NCBI RefSeq assembly: GCF_000020025.1
Contig: NC_010628.1
Span: 6,540,001 to 6,572,000, forward strand
Reading direction: 5' to 3'
Length of the DNA: 32,000 nucleotides
Source: Nostoc punctiforme PCC 73102
GTDB taxonomy: Bacteria; Cyanobacteriota; Cyanobacteriia; Cyanobacteriales; Nostocaceae
The notes beneath the pieces were generated by a model, which searched no databases, had not been told where the DNA came from, and was given only the letters and a program-made list of their open reading frames with translations. Positions 9,573 to 17,918 of the stretch are shown here, piece by piece; positions within the stretch are counted from its first letter, which is position 1; each line of letters begins with the position of its first letter. The position numbers and the translations under genes are program-made.

Positions 9573-9864
9573 AGAGTGAGTATACCCATTCTTAGTATTG
9601 GAAAAAACAAGTACATCCTGTTAAAACGACAGAGGGAAGATGCAATAAGAGAAAAAGCTGAAAAATTCTTCTCTTATGCCCAATTATCGGTGTTATTCAA
9701 AATTCTGCTCGTTAAAAAGCCACTACTTAGAATTCTCTTGCTGTCAGACTTAAATTGCAACTTGGCAAACCATTAGATATGGTGACAGCTAAATGAAAGC
9801 GTCAAAATAGAAGACACAGGCTTTGTACAAAAAGCCTTGCCTTGATTAACGGAGTTTATTATCA

Positions 9865-12834
9865 GTGGTATTACAAGTACAAACAAGCAGCTACGAAGCT
9901 AAAACCCAAGAAATTGCTAAACAACTTCTAGCCGCAACGCAGGAAAATCGTTCGTTTTTTTCTTCACTGCGGGATCAAATGCGTTGGGATGATAAATTAT
10001 TAGCTTGGGCGATGAGTAATCCTGGATTACGGGTGCAACTATTTCGCTTTATAGACACGCTACCTGCTTTGCACAGTAAATCAGAAATTGCCTCACATTT
10101 ACAAGAATATTTAGGAGATGAATCTGTAGAATTACCGGCAGCTTTGAAGGGAATGCTAAACTTTGCTAACCCTGATTCGATGCCAGGTCAAGTTGCTGCG
10201 ACAACTGTTGGTACAGCTGTTGAGACTCTTGCTCATAAATATATTTCTGGGGAAAATATTAAACAAGTCATCAAAACAGTTGAACGACTGCGAAAAGAAA
10301 AAATGGCTTTCACCATTGATTTACTTGGTGAGGCGGTGATTACCGAAGCCGAAGCGCAGTCTTATCTAGAACGCTATCTAGAATTAATGCAACAATTGGT
10401 AGAAGCATCAAAGAATTGGGCAGCTATCCCGGCTATTGATGAGGCTGATGGTGAACCGATACCCAAAGTTCAGGTTTCTGTGAAATTAACGGCGTTTTAT
10501 TCCCAATTTGACCCTTTAGATGCTAAGGGTAGTGAGGAGCGAGTTAGCGATCGCATTCGGATTCTCTTACGCCGTGCTAAAGAGTTGGGCGCAGCTGTGC
10601 ATTTTGATATGGAACAGTATGCTTATAAGGACATAACTCTCAGCATTCTGAAAAAACTGTTACTAGAAGAAGAATTTCGGCAACGCACAGATATTGGCAT
10701 GACAATTCAAGCATATCTGCGTGATAGCGAGCAAGATGCCAAAAACGTAATTTCTTGGTTAAAAGAACGCGGTTATCCGCTGACAATCCGCTTGGTGAAA
10801 GGCGCATATTGGGATCAAGAAACTATCAAAGCATCCCAGAAGCATTGGAAACAGCCAGTTTACAACGACAAAGCGGCAACTGATGCTAACTTTGAAACCA
10901 TTACTCAGTTATTGCTAGAAAATCATCAATATGTGTATTCTGCCATTGGTAGTCATAATGTGCGATCGCACTCTCGCGCCATTGCCATAGCTGAAAGTTT
11001 AAATGTCCCCCGCCGTCGCTTTGAATTACAAGTCCTCTACGGTATGGGGGATAAAGTTGCTAAGGCATTGGTTGACAGGGGTTATCGGGTGAGAGTTTAC
11101 TGTCCCTACGGTGAATTATTGCCGGGAATGGCGTATTTAATTCGCCGATTGTTGGAAAATACCGCTAATAGTTCATTTTTACGCCAAAATCTCGAAAATA
11201 GACCAATTGAAGAGCTATTAGCGCCGCCAATTGTCAAAGAAGGAAAATCTTTAACTCCTAACTCTCATTTCCTCGGTGCGGCTGATACCGATTATGCGGT
11301 GGAAGAGATAAGAACAAAAGCGGCGCAAGCTTTCCAAAGCGTTCGTCAACAATTGGGTAAAACTTATTTGCCGTTGATTAATGGGGAATATGTTAATACG
11401 CCGGAATTTGTTGATTCTCTCAACCCTTCTAATTTCAGTGAAGTAGTTGGTAAAGTAGGCTTAATCAGCGTTGAACAGGCTGAACAGGCGATGCAAGCAG
11501 CCAAAGCAGCGTTTCCTGGGTGGAGAAAAACACCTGCGAAACAACGCGCTGATATTTTGCGGAAAGCGGGTGATTTGATGGAACTCCGCCGCGCCGAACT
11601 TTCAGCTTGGATAGTTTTGGAAGTTGGAAAACCAGTTAAGGAAGCTGATGGAGAGGTTTCGGAAGCGATAGACTTTTGTCGGTACTACGCTGATGAGATA
11701 GAAAGGCTGGATAAAGGTGTTAATTATGACCTTGCCGGGGAAACTAACCGTTATATCTACCATCCACGGGGAATTGTTGTAGTAATTTCTCCCTGGAATT
11801 TTCCGCTTGCGATCGCATGTGGAATGACTGTCGCAGCCTTGGTTTCAGGGAATTGTACTCTTCTTAAACCTGCGGAAACATCTTCTGTAATTGCAGCCAA
11901 ACTCACAGAAATCTTGATAGATGCTGGTTTTCCCAAAGGTGTGTTTCAATACGTGCCAGGCAAGGGTTCGCAAGTCGGCGCTTACTTGGTAAATCATCCA
12001 GATACGCATGTAATTGCTTTTACGGGTTCTCAAGAAGTTGGCTGTAGAATTTACGCAGAAGCTGCAATATTAAAACCCGGACAAAAGCACATGAAACGGG
12101 TGATTGCTGAAATGGGCGGCAAAAATGCCATCATTGTTGATGAAAGTGCTGATTTAGACCAAGCAGTTGTAGGGGTAGTGCAATCGGCATTTGGTTACAG
12201 TGGACAAAAATGTTCTGCGGCTTCCAGGGTGATTGTGCTGGAACCGATTTATGAAGCCTTTGTGCAACGATTGGTAGAAGCGACAAAATCCTTGAACATT
12301 GGGGAAGCAGAGTTACCTAGTACCCAAGTTGGGCCTGTGATTGATGCCAATGCCCGCGATCGCATCCAGAAGTATATTGAGATAGGTCGGCAATCAGCTG
12401 AGGTAGCCTTGGAATTACCAGCACCCAAACAAGGATATTTTATTGGCCCTGTGATTTTTAGTGAAGTATCGCCAAATGCGGTAATTTCCCAGGAAGAAAT
12501 TTTTGGCCCTGTGCTGGCGGTAATTCGGGTGAAAGATTTCCAGGAAGCGTTAGCAGTCGCCAACGGGACAAATTACGCCTTAACTGGTGGACTTTATTCT
12601 CGAACACCTTCGCACATTCAGCAGGCGCAGACAGAATTTGAAGTTGGGAATTTGTACATTAACCGCAATATTACCGGAGCGATCGTTGGGCGGCAACCCT
12701 TTGGTGGATTCAAACTTTCTGGAGTCGGTTCTAAAGCAGGCGGTCCTGATTACCTACTGCAATTCCTAGAACCACGCGCGGTAACAGAAAATATTCAGCG
12801 CCAAGGTTTTGCACCAATTGAAGGTGCAGATTAA
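9865..12834 (+). CDS. putA: Bifunctional proline dehydrogenase / L-glutamate gamma-semialdehyde (P5C) dehydrogenase
   Basis: 989 aa. The N-terminal PRODH barrel carries FTIDLLGE, VSVKLTA and RLVKGAYWD. The C-terminal ALDH domain carries ISPWNFPLAI, EMGGKNAIIVD (catalytic Glu), GQKCSAASR (catalytic Cys) and EEIFGPV. It uses a GTG start at 9865 and has no N-terminal RHH DNA-binding domain. Confidence 0.92.
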   Translation: MVLQVQTSSYEAKTQEIAKQLLAATQENRSFFSSLRDQMRWDDKLLAWAMSNPGLRVQLFRFIDTLPALHSKSEIASHLQEYLGDESVELPAALKGMLNFANPDSMPGQVAATTVGTAVETLAHKYISGENIKQVIKTVERLRKEKMAFTIDLLGEAVITEAEAQSYLERYLELMQQLVEASKNWAAIPAIDEADGEPIPKVQVSVKLTAFYSQFDPLDAKGSEERVSDRIRILLRRAKELGAAVHFDMEQYAYKDITLSILKKLLLEEEFRQRTDIGMTIQAYLRDSEQDAKNVISWLKERGYPLTIRLVKGAYWDQETIKASQKHWKQPVYNDKAATDANFETITQLLLENHQYVYSAIGSHNVRSHSRAIAIAESLNVPRRRFELQVLYGMGDKVAKALVDRGYRVRVYCPYGELLPGMAYLIRRLLENTANSSFLRQNLENRPIEELLAPPIVKEGKSLTPNSHFLGAADTDYAVEEIRTKAAQAFQSVRQQLGKTYLPLINGEYVNTPEFVDSLNPSNFSEVVGKVGLISVEQAEQAMQAAKAAFPGWRKTPAKQRADILRKAGDLMELRRAELSAWIVLEVGKPVKEADGEVSEAIDFCRYYADEIERLDKGVNYDLAGETNRYIYHPRGIVVVISPWNFPLAIACGMTVAALVSGNCTLLKPAETSSVIAAKLTEILIDAGFPKGVFQYVPGKGSQVGAYLVNHPDTHVIAFTGSQEVGCRIYAEAAILKPGQKHMKRVIAEMGGKNAIIVDESADLDQAVVGVVQSAFGYSGQKCSAASRVIVLEPIYEAFVQRLVEATKSLNIGEAELPSTQVGPVIDANARDRIQKYIEIGRQSAEVALELPAPKQGYFIGPVIFSEVSPNAVISQEEIFGPVLAVIRVKDFQEALAVANGTNYALTGGLYSRTPSHIQQAQTEFEVGNLYINRNITGAIVGRQPFGGFKLSGVGSKAGGPDYLLQFLEPRAVTENIQRQGFAPIEGAD

Positions 12835-12903
12835 ACTACAAAAGTAGTTAGGGTATATATTCCCAGAGGTTTGAGTTAAAGCTTAATCTTCCCTAACCAT
12901 CCT

Positions 12904-12995
12904 AGAACTTACGCAAACAATAGCCGAAAAGAAAAATTTTCAGGTAGAGGCAATTCATGAATTGCCCCTACAACGTCCAATTTTGCGTAAGTTCT
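12904..12995. repeat. 92-bp nested inverted-repeat element: 14-bp terminal inverted repeats enclosing a perfect 18-bp palindrome
   Basis: AGAACTTACGCAAA (12904-12917) is the exact reverse complement of TTTGCGTAAGTTCT (12982-12995). Inside, GGCAATTCATGAATTGCC (12949-12966) is its own reverse complement. Confidence 0.8.
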
Positions 12996-13102
12996 CCATC
13001 CTTAAAAAGGTATGCCAGCACATCCCAAATTTAGGTTACTTTCCATCTGGAAAGGTAAAATCAGGGTTTGAAGCTATGATTACACGATTTATCTGTTTTA
13101 GC

Positions 13103-13249
13103 ATGAACAAAAAATGGGCGGTCAAGCGAATCACTATAAACCTGGCATCAAATGAAGCCAAGAATCTTGAAAAGTATTGTCAACAGACAGGCAGACCAGC
13201 AACGGATGTGATTAGAGAACTCATTCGAGCCTTGCCACAGACGAAATAA
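13103..13249 (+). CDS. Small ribbon-helix-helix (CopG/Arc-like) protein, copy A
   Basis: MNKKWAVKRITINLASNEAKNLEKYCQQTGRPATDVIRELIRALPQTK fits a beta-strand (KRITINL), helix, G-turn, helix pattern. It is conserved against copy B only from this point on, so I prefer the ATG at 13103 to the track start at 12962. Confidence 0.6.
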   Translation: MNKKWAVKRITINLASNEAKNLEKYCQQTGRPATDVIRELIRALPQTK

Positions 13250-13691
13250 AAGTAGATTTGCGAACCATTTCACCTTGGTTGATTTTCAAGATATAAACAG
13301 TAGAATTTGGATAATTTTTGGTGAGGATTGAGAGGGAGGTAAAAACTGAGTAAAGGCGTGCTACGCTCGTCGTAAACGATCGCAGCACGCCAGAAAGAAG
13401 ATGACGTAACTATTATTTAGTTGCAAAATCAGGGCTGAGAGACTCTTTATACGGTTCGGCGACTATTTTTATTCTGTCGTCACTTCTATCAAAGAATAAT
13501 TTCTAACCCTTGTTTTTTAGTATTTTCGCAACAAACAACAGTAAAGAAAGTAGCAAATATCCAGTTGGAAGTGTCTAATTTTATAATTACCGCTCTTGAA
13601 TTACTCTTATCAGAGTAAACTGAAAAGCTTTGTCCAAATCTACAACACCTTCTACTTTAGTTATGATTTTTCTGGACTGGGACTTGACAGG

Positions 13692-13871
13692 TCAAGGTAA
13701 GGCTTCAATCAGTTCACGAATCACGTCTATTGCTGGTTTGCCTGTTTGTTCACAATACTTTTCAAGGTTCTGAGCTTCATCTAATGTCAAGCTTAAGGTA
13801 ATTCGCTTAAGCGCCTTTTTCTTGCTAGAAGTTGCCAAATGGGGAAATTTAAGTGCAGCAGTTTTATTCAT
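13692..13871 (-). CDS. Small ribbon-helix-helix (CopG/Arc-like) protein, copy B
   Basis: ...KKALKRITLSLTLDEAQNLEKYCEQTGKPAIDVIRELIEALP matches copy A at 28 of 38 core residues by eye. I prefer the ATG at 13871 (MNKTAALKF...) to the TTG at 13982. Confidence 0.6.
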   Translation of the reverse strand: MNKTAALKFPHLATSSKKKALKRITLSLTLDEAQNLEKYCEQTGKPAIDVIRELIEALP

Positions 13872-14312
13872 TGATTGATAGGCTAGATATATACAAACTT
13901 TCCTTATCAAGCTTGCCAATTCAGAAGCGTCTTTACCAGTGAAAATCAAGATTTTAAGATTGAACTTAAGCTTTAAGCCCAAAATAAATTACTGAAAATC
14001 GAAGGTATAAAACACTAGCATTATACGTAATGAATCAACTATTGCAGTTGGTGCAAGAAACTTTGGGCTGAAGACCTTGTATCAACAATGACCCACAGAC
14101 CAGATTTTCTGTTAAGTAAGCGGTGTTGAATTACGAAAACGATTAGATTGCCAAAGGTGGCTTACATTAGTAAACATTTTTGACATACAACTATTTTAAA
14201 TCCTCTGCAACATCAGATTATTCTTTTGTGATAACTATCACCTCATATCTATAGCAACCTAGTAGATAATTCTTTTGAGTTAAATAGCGATTACCCAAAC
14301 GTGAGTTAATAC

Positions 14313-17300
14313 ATGACTTTACAGAATTGGAGACGAAAGCGTGGCGTTGCACTTACTACCAAGGGTTTACAAAAAATTAAGGCAGCAAAGCATCAGTCAG
14401 AAGCAAAAGAAAATTTTGGAAACAGGTATACTCTTGAAGAAATGAGTGCCCGCTCTGGGTTATATTCCGCTACCATCTCGAAAGTCTTGAATCGGGAAGG
14501 AGGGGTTGATAAACAGACTATTGAAAAGCTTTTTTCAGCTTTCAATTTAAAAATAGATAAAAATGACTATTTAAGCTCAATTAATCGTCTAGATTGGGGA
14601 GAAGCTATCTTTAACTCAGCTTTTTATGGACGTACAGAAGAACTTACTACCCTAGAAGAATGGATTCTCAATGAACACTGTCGATTGGTCTCACTATTAG
14701 GAATAGGAGGTATTGGGAAAACCACGCTGTCTATAAAGCTTGCTCAACAGATTCAGGACAACTTCGAGTATGTGATCTGGCGATCGCTACGAGAAGCCCC
14801 ACCGATTACAATTATTCTCAGTAACCTGATTCAATTTCTATCTGACGAACAAGAAACAGAAAGCAATTTACCAGAAAACTTCAGCGATAAGGTATCAAGA
14901 CTCCTCTATTATTTGCAAAATCATCGCTGTTTGGTGATTCTTGATAATGCAGAATCAATTCTCCGCAGTGGCAGCCGCGCCGGACTTTACCGAGAAGGAT
15001 ATGAGGAATATGGTGAGCTTTTTAGACGAATAGGAGAAGCAACTCACCAAAGCTGTTTAATACTGACTAGTCGTGAAAAACCGAAAGAAGTAGCATTACT
15101 CGAAGGACAAGCAATACCTGTTCGCTCATTACCATTAAGTGGTTTGAAGATAGCAGAAGGGCAAGAAATCTTAAAACTCAAAGGGCTATCTGCGGTAGAG
15201 GATGAATGGAAAGTAATGATTGAGCGCTATGGAGGCAATCCCTTAGCCCTAAAGATAGTTGCTACAACTATTAAAGATATTTTTGGTGGTAATGTCACTG
15301 AATTTTTGCAACAAGACACGGCTGTTTTTGGCGACATTCGTGATGTTTTAGAGCAGCAGTTTGAGCGCTTGTCAGATTTAGAAAAGGATATTATGTACTG
15401 GCTAGCGATTAATCGTGAGTCGGTTACACTCTCAGAATTGCGAGAGGATATTATATCACCAGTTGCACAATCAAAATTACTAGAGGCTGTAGAATCTTTA
15501 GGAAGGCGATCGCTAATCGAGAAAGCTACGCCTACGCTAATTGGAAAAACTGGATTACTTTTTACCCTCCAGCCTGTGGTCATGGAGTATGTGACTAGTA
15601 GCTTGATAGAGCAGGTATGTGAAGAGATTCTCACTCAGAATATTTATTTATTCAGGAGTAAAGCTCTAACAAAAGCGACAGCAAAAGAATATGTTAGGGA
15701 TACTCAAATTCGCTTTATCATCAAACCAGTTATAGATGGGCTGCTTACTGCCTTTAGAAGTAAAAAAAACTTAGAAAATCACTTAGCTCAAATTTTAACA
15801 ACGCTACGAGAGATATCTCCTCTAGAACAAAGTTATACAGCAGGAAATGTCTTTAACTTGCTTTATCATTTAGAAACGGATCTCAGTAGTTATGATTTTT
15901 CTTATCTAACTATTTGGCAAGCCGACTTGCAGCATATAAAGTTGCATAATGTAAATTTTGCTTATGCTCATCTAGCTAAATGTGTTTTTATTGAAACCTT
16001 TGGTGGTATTTTTTCGGTAGCTTTTAGTCCGAATGGTAAACTTTTAGCTACTGGTGATACCAATGGAGAAATTCGCTTGTACGAAGTTGCTAATAGTCAG
16101 CAACTTATGACTTGTAAAGGTCATACTGGTTGGGTTTGGTCAGTCACATTTAGTCCCGACGGTCAGGTTCTTGCCAGTGGTAGTAATGATCAAACAATAA
16201 AACTGTGGGATATCAGTAATGGTCAGTGTCTAAAAACTTTGGAGGGCCATAGTGGTGGGGTTCGTTCGGTCACTTTTAACCCTGACAGTCAGCTTCTTGC
16301 TAGTGGCAGTGATGACCAAACGGTGAAGCTGTGGAATATCAGTACAGGCAAATGTTTGAAAACGTTACAGGAAAATGGTTGTAGTATATGGTCTGTTGCC
16401 TTTAATCCAAAAGGTGATGTGTTGGCAAGTGGAAATGATGACTATAAAGTAAGGCTGTGGGATATTAACAGCAATTCATGTATTCACACTTTAGAAGGTC
16501 ACACTCAACGGGTATACTCAGTCTGTTTCAGCCCAGACGGTAATACAATAGCAAGCGCCAGCCATGATCAAACAGTTAAACTTTGGGACACAAGTACTGG
16601 TAAATATATTAAAACTTTGCAGGGGCATACAGACTTGGTACATTCAGTTACTTTCAGCGTAGATGGTAGCGCTCTTGTTAGTTGCGGTGATGACCAAACA
16701 GTTAGGGTATGGGATTTCGTAAGTGGTCAATGCCTTAAAACTCTACAAGGACACAAAAGTAGGGTATGGTCGTTAGCAATATGTATAAATCAAAATATTT
16801 GTGCTAGTAGCAGTGACGATCAAACGGTAAAATTATGGAATATGAGCACTGGTCGATGCATTAAGACTTTCCAGGGTTACAACAATGGGATATGGTCAGT
16901 TGCTGTCAGCCCAACTGATAATAATATTCTTGCCAGTGGTAGTAATGACCAAACAGTGACACTGTGGGATATTACGGCTGGTAAGTGTATCAAAACTTTA
17001 CGAGAACATGGTAGGAGAGTTACATCAGTTGGCTTTAGCCCTGATGCTCACTTGCTTGCTAGTGGTAGCGAAGACCAAACTGTAAGGTTATGGGATCTAA
17101 GTACTAGTAAATGCCTTAAAATATTGAAAGGACATAGTAATCGAGTTACATCAGTTACTTTTAGTGCCGACAGCTATTTTTTGGCTAGTGGTAGCGATGA
17201 CCAAACAATAAGAATATGGGATATTACCACTGGTCAATGCCTCAATGCTTTACGAGAACATAGTGGTAGAACATGGTCAGTCACCTTCAGTCCTGACAGT

Positions 17301-17858
17301 CATGTATTAGCTAGTGGTAGTCACGATCAAACAGTGAAACTTTGGGATGTTCGTACTGGTAGGTGCCTTCATACTTTACAAGGCCATACCGAGTGGGTTT
17401 GGGGAGTTGCCTTTAGCCCAAATGGTGGTATGCTAGCTAGCGGTAGCGGAGACCAAACGATTAAACTCTGGGATGTCAGCACTGGTCAGTGTATTAGAAC
17501 TTTGCAAGACCATACAAATACTGTATATTCGGTCGCTTTTAGTTCGGATGGTCGTATACTGGCGAGTGGTAGTGGAGACCAAACAGTTAAGCTTTGGGAT
17601 GTTAACACAGGTAGCTGTTTAAGAACTTTATTAGGACATACTAGATGGGTTTGGTCAGTCACTTTTCGTTCTGACGATCAGACTGTGGTCAGTTGTAGTG
17701 AAGATGAGACAATTAAGATTTGGGATGTACAAACAGGTGAATGTTTGAAAACTTTGAAAAGTAAAAATCCTTATGAGGGAATGAATATCACTAGCATAAG
17801 TGGCTTAACTGAGTCTCAGAAGGATACTTTAAAAGCTCTAGGAGCAGTTGAGTATTAA
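14313..17858 (+). CDS. STAND NTPase: N-terminal XRE-like HTH, NB-ARC/AP-ATPase domain, pentapeptide-like linker, 14 WD40 repeats
   Basis: The HTH reads YTLEEMSARSGLYSATISKVLNRE. NTPase motifs are Walker A GIGGIGKTTLS, Walker B CLVILDNAES, LILTSREKP and the GxP motif GGNPLALKIV. Fourteen units of the type GHxxxVxSVxFSPDGxxLASGSxDQTxKLWD follow. Confidence 0.9.
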   Translation: MTLQNWRRKRGVALTTKGLQKIKAAKHQSEAKENFGNRYTLEEMSARSGLYSATISKVLNREGGVDKQTIEKLFSAFNLKIDKNDYLSSINRLDWGEAIFNSAFYGRTEELTTLEEWILNEHCRLVSLLGIGGIGKTTLSIKLAQQIQDNFEYVIWRSLREAPPITIILSNLIQFLSDEQETESNLPENFSDKVSRLLYYLQNHRCLVILDNAESILRSGSRAGLYREGYEEYGELFRRIGEATHQSCLILTSREKPKEVALLEGQAIPVRSLPLSGLKIAEGQEILKLKGLSAVEDEWKVMIERYGGNPLALKIVATTIKDIFGGNVTEFLQQDTAVFGDIRDVLEQQFERLSDLEKDIMYWLAINRESVTLSELREDIISPVAQSKLLEAVESLGRRSLIEKATPTLIGKTGLLFTLQPVVMEYVTSSLIEQVCEEILTQNIYLFRSKALTKATAKEYVRDTQIRFIIKPVIDGLLTAFRSKKNLENHLAQILTTLREISPLEQSYTAGNVFNLLYHLETDLSSYDFSYLTIWQADLQHIKLHNVNFAYAHLAKCVFIETFGGIFSVAFSPNGKLLATGDTNGEIRLYEVANSQQLMTCKGHTGWVWSVTFSPDGQVLASGSNDQTIKLWDISNGQCLKTLEGHSGGVRSVTFNPDSQLLASGSDDQTVKLWNISTGKCLKTLQENGCSIWSVAFNPKGDVLASGNDDYKVRLWDINSNSCIHTLEGHTQRVYSVCFSPDGNTIASASHDQTVKLWDTSTGKYIKTLQGHTDLVHSVTFSVDGSALVSCGDDQTVRVWDFVSGQCLKTLQGHKSRVWSLAICINQNICASSSDDQTVKLWNMSTGRCIKTFQGYNNGIWSVAVSPTDNNILASGSNDQTVTLWDITAGKCIKTLREHGRRVTSVGFSPDAHLLASGSEDQTVRLWDLSTSKCLKILKGHSNRVTSVTFSADSYFLASGSDDQTIRIWDITTGQCLNALREHSGRTWSVTFSPDSHVLASGSHDQTVKLWDVRTGRCLHTLQGHTEWVWGVAFSPNGGMLASGSGDQTIKLWDVSTGQCIRTLQDHTNTVYSVAFSSDGRILASGSGDQTVKLWDVNTGSCLRTLLGHTRWVWSVTFRSDDQTVVSCSEDETIKIWDVQTGECLKTLKSKNPYEGMNITSISGLTESQKDTLKALGAVEY
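15993..17755 (+). repeat. Fourteen tandem ~126-bp coding repeats (WD40 blades) within the STAND gene
   Basis: Strings such as GCTAGTGGTAGCGATGACCAAAC and GCCAGTGGTAGTAATGACCAAACAG recur every 126 bp. At protein level the repeat period is 42 aa. Confidence 0.85.
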
Positions 17859-17918
17859 AGGAGACTTCATATTAGAGTCATAATATAAAGTTAAGCCAGC
17901 TTGGGAACAAGTGCTAAT

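Noticed and set aside
9576-9776. 66-aa ORF in the HD / putA divergent intergenic region.
   Set aside because: It is Leu/Lys/Ile-rich translation of AT-rich promoter DNA, with no SD and no motifs.
9865-13249. Idea that the stand-alone RHH gene downstream of putA substitutes for the RHH DNA-binding domain that enterobacterial PutA carries at its N-terminus.
   Set aside because: This is attractive but unsupported. RHH is a very common fold, the gene lies 270 bp downstream rather than upstream of putA, and a paralog faces the STAND gene instead. I kept it only as a remote possibility, testable by EMSA on the putA promoter.
12962-13982. Long versions of the two RHH ORFs (95 and 96 aa) given in the ORF track.
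   Set aside because: The two paralogs are similar only from the KRIT strand onward. The N-terminal extensions are unrelated to each other. One begins inside the inverted-repeat element and the other begins at a TTG. I prefer the internal ATGs at 13103 and 13871.
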